From Myxococcota bacterium (GTDB taxonomy: Bacteria > Myxococcota > Myxococcia > Myxococcales > Myxococcaceae), in NCBI GenBank assembly GCA_046732375.1, contig JBKPMY010000208.1, positions 1 to 59,775 of the forward strand: DNA of 59,775 bases, written 5' to 3'. Position numbers and translations under genes: made by a program. Below the pieces are notes generated by a model. It was not told where the DNA came from and made no database searches. It worked only from the letters and a program-made list of their open reading frames with translations. Shown here in pieces: positions 9,201 to 20,134 of this stretch (position 1 is the first letter of the stretch; every line of letters starts with the position of its first letter).

Positions 9201-10791
9201 GGGCCGGGTCCTCCCACTTCTGCTGCTGCTCACGGCGGCGGCGGCCCGTGCTGACGAGGCCGCCCCGCCCGAGCCGCGCCCGCCCACGACCCTCGATGCC
9301 GCTGCCCTGGACAGGCTCGTCAAGCCCGAGTCGCGCGACGAGACCATCGCTTCCCTGGTGGAGGCGACCGACGTGCACGCTCTGCCGGTCCTCCGTGCGC
9401 TCCTGGAGGGAAACCTCTACCTCGGCCAGACGGCGGTGCTGGTCGATCGGGAGGGCGCGCTCCAGGATGCGCTCACCGGTGCTCCGGCATCGGTCGACCG
9501 AGACCAGCTGGAGCAGGTGACCATCAACAACCGCCTCCGCCGGACGCTGGAGCGGGCAGTGGCTGCGCTCTCGCTCCTCGAGACGTCCTCCCCGGGTCGG
9601 CTCGCCGCGGTGCGCGTGCTCCAGGACAACCCGGGCCCGGAGGTGCTCCCCGCGATCCAGAAGGCGCTGGCGCAGGAGCGGGATCGGGAGGTGAAGGAGG
9701 CTCTCCGCGCGACCGCGGCGATGCTGGCCCTGGCCAGTCCAGACCCCGGACAGCGGCTGGCGGCGATCGAAGAGCTCCGCAAGGCCCACGCCAAGCGCCG
9801 GCTCCTCCAGCAACGGGAGGTGGAGAAGGACCCCACCGTCCTCGCCGCCATCGACGGCGCGGTCCGCGACGTGGATCTCGCGCTGCAGCGCGCGGCGATG
9901 GTGGGGCTCTTCTTCTCCGGTCTGAGCCTGGGGAGCATCCTGCTCCTCGCCGCGCTGGGGCTGGCCATCACCTTCGGCCTGATGGGCGTCATCAACATGG
10001 CGCACGGCGAGCTCCTGATGATCGGCGCCTACGCCACCTGGCTGGTCCAGTCGGCGTTCCGGGGCTCGCGGCACTTCGACTGGTACCTGCTGGCCGCGCT
10101 GCCTGTAGCCTTCCTCGCGGCCGCGGCAGTGGGCGCGCTGCTGGAGATCACCGTGGTGCGGAAGCTCTACGGCCGCCCGCTGGAGACCCTGCTCGCCACC
10201 TGGGGAGCGAGCCTCCTCATCGTGCAGGCGGTGCGGGTCACCTTCGGCGCCCAGAACGTCGAGGTCTCCAACCCCAGCTGGATGTCCGGCGGCGTCACCC
10301 TGCTGCCGGACCTGGTCCTCCCCTGGAACCGGATCGTCATCCTCCTCTTCGCCGGCGGAGTCCTCCTCGGGGTCTGGCTCCTCCTCACCCGCACCCGGCT
10401 CGGGCTCCTGGTCCGGGCGGTCACGCAGGACCGGCAACGCGCCGCTGGCCTGGGCGTCCGGACGCCGCGAGTGGACCTCCTCGCCTTCGCCGTCGGCTCG
10501 GGCATTGCCGGGCTGGGAGGCTGCGCCCTGTCGCAGATCGGCAACGTGGGTCCCGAGCTCGGACAGGGATTCATCGTCGACTCGTTCATGGTCGTTGTGC
10601 TGGGCGGGGTGGGTCAGCTCGCCGGGACGACCATCGCCGCGGGGAGCCTGGGGGTCGTCAACAAGCTGCTCGAGCCCTGGGCCGGAGCGGTGATGGCGAA
10701 GATCGTCGTCCTGGTCTTCGTCATCCTCTTCATCCAGCGACGGCCTCAGGGTCTATTCGCGCTGCGCGGTCGGGCGCTGGAGGACGGGTGA
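9178..10791 (+). CDS. urtB: urea ABC transporter permease UrtB (with an N-terminal periplasmic extension of about 230 aa)
   Basis: Signal peptide MRSVRSAEGRVLPLLLLLTAAAARA, then a LivH-type core GLSLGSILLLAALGLAITFGLMGVINMAHGELLMIGAY. The start overlaps the urtA 3' end. Confidence 0.9.
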   Translation: MRSVRSAEGRVLPLLLLLTAAAARADEAAPPEPRPPTTLDAAALDRLVKPESRDETIASLVEATDVHALPVLRALLEGNLYLGQTAVLVDREGALQDALTGAPASVDRDQLEQVTINNRLRRTLERAVAALSLLETSSPGRLAAVRVLQDNPGPEVLPAIQKALAQERDREVKEALRATAAMLALASPDPGQRLAAIEELRKAHAKRRLLQQREVEKDPTVLAAIDGAVRDVDLALQRAAMVGLFFSGLSLGSILLLAALGLAITFGLMGVINMAHGELLMIGAYATWLVQSAFRGSRHFDWYLLAALPVAFLAAAAVGALLEITVVRKLYGRPLETLLATWGASLLIVQAVRVTFGAQNVEVSNPSWMSGGVTLLPDLVLPWNRIVILLFAGGVLLGVWLLLTRTRLGLLVRAVTQDRQRAAGLGVRTPRVDLLAFAVGSGIAGLGGCALSQIGNVGPELGQGFIVDSFMVVVLGGVGQLAGTTIAAGSLGVVNKLLEPWAGAVMAKIVVLVFVILFIQRRPQGLFALRGRALEDG

Positions 10792-11918
10792 GCACCGCCA
10801 CCGTCACCCTCGCTCCGACGGTCACAGCGCCCGCGAGCCCGGGACGGCGGCTCTACCCACGGAGGGTCTGGGCGGTCATCCTCGCCGCGTACGGACTCGT
10901 CGCGGTGGCGATCCCGCTGCTGCACCTGGCCGTGCCGGCGAGCTCGCCGCTCCACCTCTCGGACTACACCGTCACGCTGGTGGGGAAGATCCTCTGCTAC
11001 GCCACGGTGGCGCTGGCGATGGATCTGGTGTGGGGCTACACCGGCATCCTCTCGCTGGGCCACGGGCTCTTCTTCGCCCTCGGCGGCTACGCGATGGGCA
11101 TGTACCTGATGCGGGCCATCGGCCGGGACGGCGTCTACGGCGATCCGGTGCTGCCCGACTTCATGGTGTTCCTCGACTGGAAGGAGCTGCCCTGGTACTG
11201 GCTCGGCTCCGAGCGATTCCTCCAGCAGGCGCTGCTGGTGGTCCTGGTCCCGGGGCTTCTGGCCTTCGTCTTCGGCTGGTTCGCCTTCCGCTCGCGGATC
11301 CGCGGCGTCTACTTCTCGATCATCACCCAGGCGCTGACCTACGCCGCGATGCTGCTCTTCTTCCGGAACCAGACCGGGTTCGGAGGAAACAACGGCTTCA
11401 CCGACTTCAAGCGCATCCTCGGCTTCCCGCTGGCCAGCCCTCGCACCCGCGTGGTGCTGCTGATGCTCTCGGCGACGCTCCTCCTCTCGGTGGTGGTGCT
11501 GTGCCGGGCGCTGGTGCTCTCCAAGCTCGGCCGGGTGCTCACTGCGATCCGCGACGCAGAGGACCGGGTGCGCTTCTGCGGCTATGACCCGGTGTCGTTC
11601 AAGCTCTTCGTGTGGACGCTCTCCGCCTGCATCTGTGGCATCGCCGGCGCGCTCTACGTGCCGCAGGTGGGCATCGTCAACCCGAGCGAGATGTCCCCTG
11701 CCAACTCGGTGGAGATCGCCATCGCCGTGGCGCTGGGCGGACGGGGCACGCTCCTCGGCCCCATCCTCGGCGCGGGGCTGCTCCACGGGGCGAAGAGCGT
11801 GCTGACCGTCGCCTTCCCCGAGCTGTGGCTCTTCGTCCTGGGCCTGTCGTTCATCGTGGTGACGCGGTGGCTGCCGCGGGGGGTGCTCGGGCTCCTCTGG
11901 CGGGAGGGCCGCTCGTGA
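10788..11918 (+). CDS. urtC: urea ABC transporter permease UrtC
   Basis: GTG start overlaps the urtB stop (GTGA). LivM-type core LDLVWGYTGILSLGHGLFFALGGYAMGMYLM. Confidence 0.9.
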   Translation: MSTATVTLAPTVTAPASPGRRLYPRRVWAVILAAYGLVAVAIPLLHLAVPASSPLHLSDYTVTLVGKILCYATVALAMDLVWGYTGILSLGHGLFFALGGYAMGMYLMRAIGRDGVYGDPVLPDFMVFLDWKELPWYWLGSERFLQQALLVVLVPGLLAFVFGWFAFRSRIRGVYFSIITQALTYAAMLLFFRNQTGFGGNNGFTDFKRILGFPLASPRTRVVLLMLSATLLLSVVVLCRALVLSKLGRVLTAIRDAEDRVRFCGYDPVSFKLFVWTLSACICGIAGALYVPQVGIVNPSEMSPANSVEIAIAVALGGRGTLLGPILGAGLLHGAKSVLTVAFPELWLFVLGLSFIVVTRWLPRGVLGLLWREGRS

Positions 11919-12670
11919 ACCTGGACACGCCGGCGGGACCGGTCCTCTACCTGAGCGGGGTCACCGTCACCTTCGACGGCTTCCGGGCGCTCGACTCGCT
12001 GAGCCTCCTGGTGGAGCCGGGCGAGCTCCGCTGCGTCATCGGTCCCAACGGCGCGGGCAAGACCACCCTGATGGACGTCATCACCGGCCGGACCCGCCCC
12101 GACGTGGGGGATGTCCAGTACGGCGAGGCGAACGATCTCACGCGCATGTCCGAGGCGGAGATCGTGCACGCCGGCATCGGCCGGAAGTTCCAGAAGCCCA
12201 CCATCTTCCGGGCCCACACCGTCTTCGAGAATCTGGAGCTGGCGCTGAAGATGGACAAGCGAGTCGTGCCGACGCTCCGGGCCAGCCTCACTGCCGAGCA
12301 GAAGACGCGCATCGACGAGGTGCTCGGGCTCATCGGACTCCGGGGCAAGGCGCGCACGCTCGCCGACCTCCTCTCGCACGGCGAGAAGCAGTGGCTGGAG
12401 ATCGGCATGCTCCTGGTCCAGGAACCGGGCCTCCTGCTCCTGGACGAGCCGGTGGCGGGAATGAGCGACGAGGAGACCGCCCGGACCGGCGAGCTCCTCC
12501 GCTCGCTGGCCGGAAAGCACTCGCTGGTGGTCGTGGAGCACGACATGCACTTCGTGGACAGCATCGCGAGGAAGGTGACCGTGCTGCACGAGGGCCGGGT
12601 CCTGGCGGAGGGGCCGATGGACGTCATCCGGGAAGATCCTCGCGTCGTCGACGTGTACCTGGGGCGCTGA
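11915..12670 (+). CDS. urtD: urea ABC transporter ATP-binding protein UrtD
   Basis: GTG 11915 overlaps the urtC stop and is in frame with track ORF 11612..12670. Motifs GPNGAGKTTLMDVITG, LSHGEKQWLEIGMLL and LLLLDEPVAGM. Confidence 0.9.
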   Translation: MNLDTPAGPVLYLSGVTVTFDGFRALDSLSLLVEPGELRCVIGPNGAGKTTLMDVITGRTRPDVGDVQYGEANDLTRMSEAEIVHAGIGRKFQKPTIFRAHTVFENLELALKMDKRVVPTLRASLTAEQKTRIDEVLGLIGLRGKARTLADLLSHGEKQWLEIGMLLVQEPGLLLLDEPVAGMSDEETARTGELLRSLAGKHSLVVVEHDMHFVDSIARKVTVLHEGRVLAEGPMDVIREDPRVVDVYLGR

Positions 12671-13362
12671 TGCTGAGCGTGCGCGGACTGGACCAGTACT
12701 ACGGAGGCAGCCACACGCTCCGGGCGGTCGACCTGGAGGTCCCGGCCGGGACCTGCACCGCCCTGCTGGGGCGAAACGGCGTGGGGAAGACCACCCTGCT
12801 GCGGTGCCTGATGGGCGAGCTGCCGGTGCGCCGGGGCACGGTCCAGCTCGGAGGGAGGGACGTCACTCCCCTGCCCTCGTACGAGCGCGCCCGGCTGGGC
12901 ATGGGCTACGTGCCCCAGGGGCGGGAGATCTTCTCGCGGCTGACGGTGACGGAGAACCTCGGCGTGGGTGAGGCGGCCGCCCGGGACGGCGCGACCATCC
13001 CCCGGAGCGAGCTGGAGGAGCTGTTCCCCATCCTCCGCACCATGCGGAACCGGCGCGGGGGGGACCTGTCCGGTGGCCAGCAGCAGCAGCTGGCCATTGC
13101 CCGGGCGCTCATCTCCAGGCCCCGGGTGCTCCTCCTGGACGAGCCCACCGAGGGCATCCAGCCCTCGACCATCAAGGAGATCGGGCGGGTGCTCCGGGCG
13201 CTCCTTGGCCGGGGAATCACCATCGTGCTGGTGGAGCAGTACCTGGACTTCGCCCTGGAGCTGGCCGAGCACTGCGCGGTCCTGTCCCGGGGGGAGATCG
13301 TCCTGCGGGGCCGGATTGCCGAGCTCGATCCTGCCCAGGTGCGGCGACACCTCGCGGTCTGA
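12670..13362 (+). CDS. urtE: urea ABC transporter ATP-binding protein UrtE
   Basis: ATG 12670 overlaps the urtD stop (TGATG) and is in frame with track ORF 12391..13362. Motifs GRNGVGKTTLLRCLMG, LSGGQQQQLAIARAL and LLLDEPTEGIQP. Confidence 0.9.
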   Translation: MLSVRGLDQYYGGSHTLRAVDLEVPAGTCTALLGRNGVGKTTLLRCLMGELPVRRGTVQLGGRDVTPLPSYERARLGMGYVPQGREIFSRLTVTENLGVGEAAARDGATIPRSELEELFPILRTMRNRRGGDLSGGQQQQLAIARALISRPRVLLLDEPTEGIQPSTIKEIGRVLRALLGRGITIVLVEQYLDFALELAEHCAVLSRGEIVLRGRIAELDPAQVRRHLAV

Positions 13363-13380
13363 TCGCGCTACAAGCACGCC

Positions 13381-14169
13381 ATGGCTCGGGGGCAGATCGC
13401 CTTCCGGAGGTCGGGGACGGGGACCGCGGTCGAGACCGCGTACGCCGAGAGCCCGCTGCGCCTCCTGACCCCCCGGAACCATGGCACCGCGGCCTGGGCC
13501 TACGTCAGCACGCTGGGGGGAGGGCTGGTGGACGGGGACCGGCTGGAGCTGGAGATCTCCGTCGGCCCCGGCGCGCGGGCGTTCGTCTCCTCGCAGGGGC
13601 CCACCCGGGTGTTCCGCTCCTCCCAGGGGGCGACCTCCGAGACCGTCGCCCGCGTGGAAGCCGGTGGCACGCTGGTGCTGGTTCCCGACCCCACTGCCTG
13701 CTTCGCCGGGGCACGGTACGCACAGAGCACCCGGGTCCACCTCGAGGAGGGGAGCTCGCTCGTGCTCTGGGAGGTGCTCTCCGCCGGGCGCGAGCGCTGG
13801 GGCTTCACCCGCTGCGAAAGCGTCCTATGCGTTCTCCCCTACCTGGACGAGCGCTGGCTGCTGGACCCGGAGCACGGCCCGCTGGAGGAGCGAATGGGGC
13901 GATTCGGGGCGATCGGCACGCTGCTCCTGGTAGGCCCCCTCTTCACCAGCCTGGCCCAGTCGATCCGCGAGCGGATCGACGCGGCTCCGGTGCGGGACGG
14001 CGCGCCGTGGGTCGAATCGGTCAGTCCGCTCCGGGACGGCGCGCTGGTGGTCCGCGCCGCCGCCCCGACGGTGCAGCAGCTGGTCCAGCGGCTGCGCCGG
14101 CACCTGTCCACCCTCCCCTCCCTGCTCGGGGACGACCCCTGGAGGCTCGATGCATCTGTCGCCGCGTGA
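13381..14169 (+). CDS. ureD: urease accessory protein UreD
   Basis: 262 aa, with ...[52 protein letters not shown]..., the typical UreD/UreH pattern. It lies 18 nt after urtE. Confidence 0.85.
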   Translation: MARGQIAFRRSGTGTAVETAYAESPLRLLTPRNHGTAAWAYVSTLGGGLVDGDRLELEISVGPGARAFVSSQGPTRVFRSSQGATSETVARVEAGGTLVLVPDPTACFAGARYAQSTRVHLEEGSSLVLWEVLSAGRERWGFTRCESVLCVLPYLDERWLLDPEHGPLEERMGRFGAIGTLLLVGPLFTSLAQSIRERIDAAPVRDGAPWVESVSPLRDGALVVRAAAPTVQQLVQRLRRHLSTLPSLLGDDPWRLDASVAA

Positions 14170-14901
14170 CATCGACAAGCTGGTCCTTCACGGCGCGGGC
14201 TTCCTCGCCCAGAAGCGCCTGGCCCGCGGGCTGCGGCTGAACTATCCGGAGGCGGTGGCGCTCATCTCGGCGCAGCTCCTGGAGCTGATCCGTGACGGGC
14301 GAAGTGTGGCCGAGCTGATGGACGTCGGCCGCCGGATGCTCGGGCGGGCGCAGGTTCTTCCCGGCGTTCCCGAGCTCATCGCCGAGGTGCAGGTGGAGGG
14401 GACCTTCCCCGACGGGACGAAGCTGGTCACCGTCCACCATCCCATCGCGCTGGAGCAGGGAGAGCTCTCGCTGGCGCTGGCGGGGAGCTTCCTGCCCGTG
14501 CCGAAGGCCTTCGCGCCGGCGACCGAGGTCTCCGTGCCCGGCGAGGTGATGACCGCGAGCGGGGAGATCGAGCTCAACGCCGGCCGGGAAACGGTGAGCC
14601 TGGCGGTCGTGAATCGCGGCGACCGTCCCATCCAGGTTGGCAGCCACTACCCGTTCGCGGAGACCAACCGCGCGCTGGAGTTCGACCGGGCGCGCGCCTA
14701 CGGGATGCGCCTGGACATCCCCGCGGGCACGGCGGTGCGGTTCGAGCCGGGCGAGAGCAAGACGGTGCAACTGGTGGCGCTGGCCGGAGCGAAGGTGGTC
14801 CACGGAGGAAACTCGCTCGGAGACGGTCCGGTGAACGAGGCGGGCCGTGACCGCTTCCTCACCGCAGTGCAGGAGCGCGGCTTCTCCCACCGGGGGCAGC
14901 C

Positions 14902-14905
<4 letters not shown>
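14150..14905 (+). CDS. ureAB: fused urease gamma/beta subunit (UreA-UreB in one polypeptide)
   Basis: N-terminal [57 protein letters not shown] is the gamma subunit. C-terminal [45 protein letters not shown] is the beta subunit. RBS GGAGG at 14141-14145. Confidence 0.9.
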
Positions 14906-16611
<1,706 letters not shown>

Positions 16612-16616
16612 CCGCC

Positions 16617-17252
16617 ATGGCCACCTGGCGACTCCTGCAGCTCGCGGACTCGGCGTTCCCCACCGGTGGCTTCGCCCACTCGGGCGGGCTCGAGGCGGCG
16701 GCTCAGGCGGGCGAGGTCCCCGACCTCGGGGCGTTCAGCCGGGCGGCCCTGTGGCAGACGGGATTCGGCGCGCTCCCGCTCGCCCGGGAGGCCTGGCTGG
16801 ACGCGGGCAAGCTCGGGCCGCTTGACGCACGGGCGGACGTGTTTCTCGCCAACCACGTCGCGAACCGCGCGAGCCGGACGCAGGGCGAGGCGTTCTTCTC
16901 CACCTGCGCACGCGTCTTCCCCGGGGAGGCACCGCGGGTACCCGACGGCCTGTGCATGCACCTCGCGCCGCTCTGGGGCGTGGTGTTCCGTGCGCTGGGA
17001 ATGTCGCTCGAGGAGATGCAGCGGCTGTTCCTGTGGAGCAGCGCTCGCGGCGTGCTCTCCGCGGGCGTGCGTCTGGGCCTGGTGGGAACCTACGAGGCCC
17101 AGCGCATGCTCGGCGCCCTGGAGCCGGCGCTGGACGATGTGGCGAGCCGCTGCAGCTCGCTGGGAGCCGACGACCTCGCCCAGCCGGCGCCGCTGCTCGA
17201 TCTCTTCCACGCCACGCACGACCGGCTGCACTCGCGGCTGTTCCAGTCCTGA
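16617..17252 (+). CDS. ureF: urease accessory protein UreF
   Basis: [25 protein letters not shown] is the characteristic UreF N-terminus. The gene starts 5 nt after ureC, so there is no room for ureE. Confidence 0.85.
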   Translation: MATWRLLQLADSAFPTGGFAHSGGLEAAAQAGEVPDLGAFSRAALWQTGFGALPLAREAWLDAGKLGPLDARADVFLANHVANRASRTQGEAFFSTCARVFPGEAPRVPDGLCMHLAPLWGVVFRALGMSLEEMQRLFLWSSARGVLSAGVRLGLVGTYEAQRMLGALEPALDDVASRCSSLGADDLAQPAPLLDLFHATHDRLHSRLFQS

Positions 17253-17266
17253 AGGAGTCTCGAGAC

Positions 17267-17977
17267 ATGGGCCACGAAGGCGACCACACCCACGCCGACC
17301 ACCCCGGCCGCTTCCACGACCGCGAGCGGCCGATGCGGCGAGACACCCGCGAGCGCGCGTACACCGTGGGGGTCGGCGGCCCGGTGGGGAGCGGAAAGAC
17401 GGCGCTGGTGCTCGCGCTGTGCCGGCTGCTGCGAGACCGGGTCAGCCTCGGGGTGGTGACCAACGACATCTTCACACGGGAGGATGCCGAGTTCCTGGTC
17501 CGGAACGAGGCGCTCCCGACCGAGCGCATCCGGGCGGTGGAGACCGGCGGCTGTCCCCACGCGGCGATCCGCGAGGACATCAGCCACAATCTCCTCTCGC
17601 TCGAGCGGCTGATGAAGGAGGTGCGCCCGGTGCCCGAGCTGCTCTTCGTGGAGAGCGGCGGGGACAACCTGGCGGCGCAGTACAGCCGGGAGCTGGCGGA
17701 CTTCACCATCTACGTCATCGATGTCGCGGGCGGAGACAAGGTGCCGCGCAAGGGCGGGCCCGGCATCACCCAGTCAGATCTTCTCGTCATCAACAAGACC
17801 GACCTCGCGCCGCACGTCGGCGCGGACCTGGGCGTGATGGACCGTGACGCGAAGAGGATGCGAGGCGCCGGCCCGACCGTCTTCTCCCAGGTGACGAACG
17901 GGGTCGGCGTGGAGGAGATCGCCCGCCATCTGCTGCGCGCGGCAGGCAAAACGGTCGAGGTGGCCGCGGCGACTTGA
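17267..17977 (+). CDS. ureG: urease accessory GTPase UreG with a His-rich N-terminus
   Basis: ATG 17267 follows GAAGGAG (17251-17257) and is in frame with track ORF 16952..17977. The product starts [17 protein letters not shown] (5 His in the first 17 residues), then [15 protein letters not shown] (P-loop), [13 protein letters not shown] and VINKTDLAP. Confidence 0.9.
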   Translation: MGHEGDHTHADHPGRFHDRERPMRRDTRERAYTVGVGGPVGSGKTALVLALCRLLRDRVSLGVVTNDIFTREDAEFLVRNEALPTERIRAVETGGCPHAAIREDISHNLLSLERLMKEVRPVPELLFVESGGDNLAAQYSRELADFTIYVIDVAGGDKVPRKGGPGITQSDLLVINKTDLAPHVGADLGVMDRDAKRMRGAGPTVFSQVTNGVGVEEIARHLLRAAGKTVEVAAAT

Positions 17978-17998
17978 GGCGCCGAGTCAGTTCGCGCG

Positions 17999-18015
17999 CC
18001 CGTTCAACGGGTTTT
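17999..18015 (+). terminator. Weak hairpin plus T-run after ureG
   Basis: cccgttcaacgggtttt: CCCG/CGGG stem, short loop, then TTTT, 22 nt after the ureG stop. The stem is short, so this is tentative. It also overlaps the stop of the convergent orphan ORF. Confidence 0.3.
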
Positions 18016-18378
18016 GGATCGCTTTCGCCTTTTCGCGTGGATCGCCGTCGCTTCTGCCTTGAGTGCTTCTAGCCGAACTTCATCACCTGCTGGTGTCGTC
18101 TGTCCTCTGAGGATTAGGGCTTTGGGCCGAGGATGAGACTCACCGCCTCGGACTACTCGGACAGTTACGCTTGAGCCTTCGTGCAATTCAGTCGAGACCC
18201 AGCGCTCAAAGATCTGCCTTGCGTCTGAGGTGCCTTCAAGTGACATGCGCACTAGCTCTGTTCCAGGCTCATCGAGCTCGACTGAAACAGTAAGGATCAA
18301 TACACCGGTGCCGCCGAGCAGGGCTTTCGCGATTTCTCGCCCGTCGGATTCCAACATTAACCCTAGTCGATCGCTCAC
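18004..18378 (-). CDS. orphan 124-aa protein in a low-GC islet, unknown function
   Basis: This is the only ORF in the 55 % GC stretch 18001-18440. GTG start, with an alternative ATG at 18357. By hand count 59 of 124 codons end in A/T (cta, tta, gta, tca, aca, gaa are frequent), unlike neighbouring genes. It has a basic C-terminal tail, HAKRRKRSKTR. I recognise no family. Confidence 0.5.
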   Translation of the reverse strand: MSDRLGLMLESDGREIAKALLGGTGVLILTVSVELDEPGTELVRMSLEGTSDARQIFERWVSTELHEGSSVTVRVVRGGESHPRPKALILRGQTTPAGDEVRLEALKAEATAIHAKRRKRSKTR

Positions 18379-18498
18379 GGTGGGCTCTCGGTGGGAGGTC
18401 CTTAGTCAAGGAACCTAGCAAACAAAAGTTGTGTCTGAATCGTGGGCTCTGGATCCGAGGCTCGACCCGTGTGGCATCGACGGCTTCAGGTCGCGGAG

Positions 18499-20091
18499 TT
18501 AGCGGGTCCCGGTCCGGCGTCGCACCGGCACCAGCGATGGCCCCCCACCGCGGAACCGTGCGACCTCGATCGCGTACTTGCGGATCTTGTACCCGATGAT
18601 CCGCTCGGTCGTGCCGAGCAGCCGCGCGGCCTTTGCGCGATTGCCGCGCGCGCTCTTCAGCGCATCCACGATCAGATCCTTCTCGTACTGCTCGATCGCG
18701 TCGGAGAGCGACGACTGCATCGTCGTCCCCGATGCCTCGGCGGTCTGGAGCGTGGGGGGCAGGTCGTGCCCGTGGATCACCTGCCCGTCGCAGGTTAGCA
18801 CCGCCCGCTCCACGATGTTCTCCAGCTCCCGGACGTTTCCCGGCCAGTGGTAGCTCATCAGCATGTCGATCGCCGGTGTGGCGATCCGCTTGATGCGCTT
18901 GTTGTGCCGGCGCGCGTACTTGATCAGGAAATGGTCCGCCAGGAGCATCACGTCCGGCTTCCGGTCACGCAACGGTGGCACGAAGATCGAGAACACGTTG
19001 AGCCGGTAATAGAGGTCCTCGCGGAACTGCTTCTCCCCCATCGCTGCTTCGAGGTCGCGGTTGGTCGCGGTGATGAGCCGGACATCGACCTTGACCGTCT
19101 CCGTCCCGCCCAGCCGCTCGAACTCCCCTTCCTGGAGCACCCGCAGCAGCTTCACCTGGGTGGGCAGGTTGAGCTCGCCCACCTCGTCGAGGAACAGCGT
19201 GCCCCCGTGGGCCAGCTCGAATCGTCCGCGCTTCCTGGCCTGCGCGCCGGTGAAGGCGCCCTTCTCGTAGCCGAAGAGCTCGGACTCGATCAGCGTGTCC
19301 GGAAGCGCGGCGCAGCTCACCTTGACGAACGGCTTCGAGGCGCGAGGTGAGTTGTAGTGGATGGCGTGGGCGATGAGCTCCTTGCCGGTTCCGGACTCGC
19401 CCCGGACCAGGACCGTGGTCGCCGTCTGCGCCACCTGGGCGATCTGCTCATACACCTGCTTCATCGGCCCGCTGGTGCCGATGATGTTCGACAGGTCGTA
19501 GCGCTCCTCCAGCTCGGAGCGGAGATTCTTGTTCTCCGCCAGGAGCCGGTTGCGCTCATCCTCGATCACCCGCTGGGCGCGGAGCGTCTGGGCCATCATC
19601 GATGCGACCACGCCCAGGAACTGCATCTCGGACTGGAAGTCCCGCCCCTGCTGGAAGGGAACGTCCACCATCAGGACCCCGGCTGGCTGGCGATCGAAGG
19701 CGATGGGAACGCAGAGGACGCTCACCTCCGGCGACCCGGTCCGGCGGCGCTGGAAGGCCCGGTTCAGCAGCAGTGGCTCTCGCGTGCTGGCCGGGACCAC
19801 CACCGGACGCCCGGACTGAAGGACGCGCCCGATGATGCCCTCGCCGGGCCGGTAGCGGGCGCCGAGCCCCTCGGCGGAGATGCCCAGCGCCGCGTCGACC
19901 TGGAGCGCACCCGAGTCCTCGTGGAAGAGGAAGACCGCGCCGCGGACGATGCCCAGCGCCTCCTCCAGGAGCTCGAGCGCGCGCTCCAGGACGGAGCGAA
20001 CCTCGCCGCCGCGGGCCAGCGCCCGACCGATCTCGGCGAGCACCGCCAGCGCGCGCTGATCATCACTGACGAGGTTGGCGCGCCTGGACAC
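18499..20091 (-). CDS. sigma-54-dependent transcriptional activator, GAF-AAA+-HTH (NifA-like architecture)
   Basis: 530 aa. N-terminal GAF-like region, then GESGTGKELIAHAIH (Walker A), ESELFGYEKGAFTGA (GAFTGA loop), TLFLDEVGEL and WPGNVRELEN. C-terminal Fis-type HTH NRAKAARLLGTTERIIGYKIRKY. Confidence 0.9.
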   Translation of the reverse strand: MSRRANLVSDDQRALAVLAEIGRALARGGEVRSVLERALELLEEALGIVRGAVFLFHEDSGALQVDAALGISAEGLGARYRPGEGIIGRVLQSGRPVVVPASTREPLLLNRAFQRRRTGSPEVSVLCVPIAFDRQPAGVLMVDVPFQQGRDFQSEMQFLGVVASMMAQTLRAQRVIEDERNRLLAENKNLRSELEERYDLSNIIGTSGPMKQVYEQIAQVAQTATTVLVRGESGTGKELIAHAIHYNSPRASKPFVKVSCAALPDTLIESELFGYEKGAFTGAQARKRGRFELAHGGTLFLDEVGELNLPTQVKLLRVLQEGEFERLGGTETVKVDVRLITATNRDLEAAMGEKQFREDLYYRLNVFSIFVPPLRDRKPDVMLLADHFLIKYARRHNKRIKRIATPAIDMLMSYHWPGNVRELENIVERAVLTCDGQVIHGHDLPPTLQTAEASGTTMQSSLSDAIEQYEKDLIVDALKSARGNRAKAARLLGTTERIIGYKIRKYAIEVARFRGGGPSLVPVRRRTGTR

Positions 20092-20134
20092 GGTGCGTCA
20101 GAGTGCCAGGCCCACCCCGGCAGCCGCAACCGCT

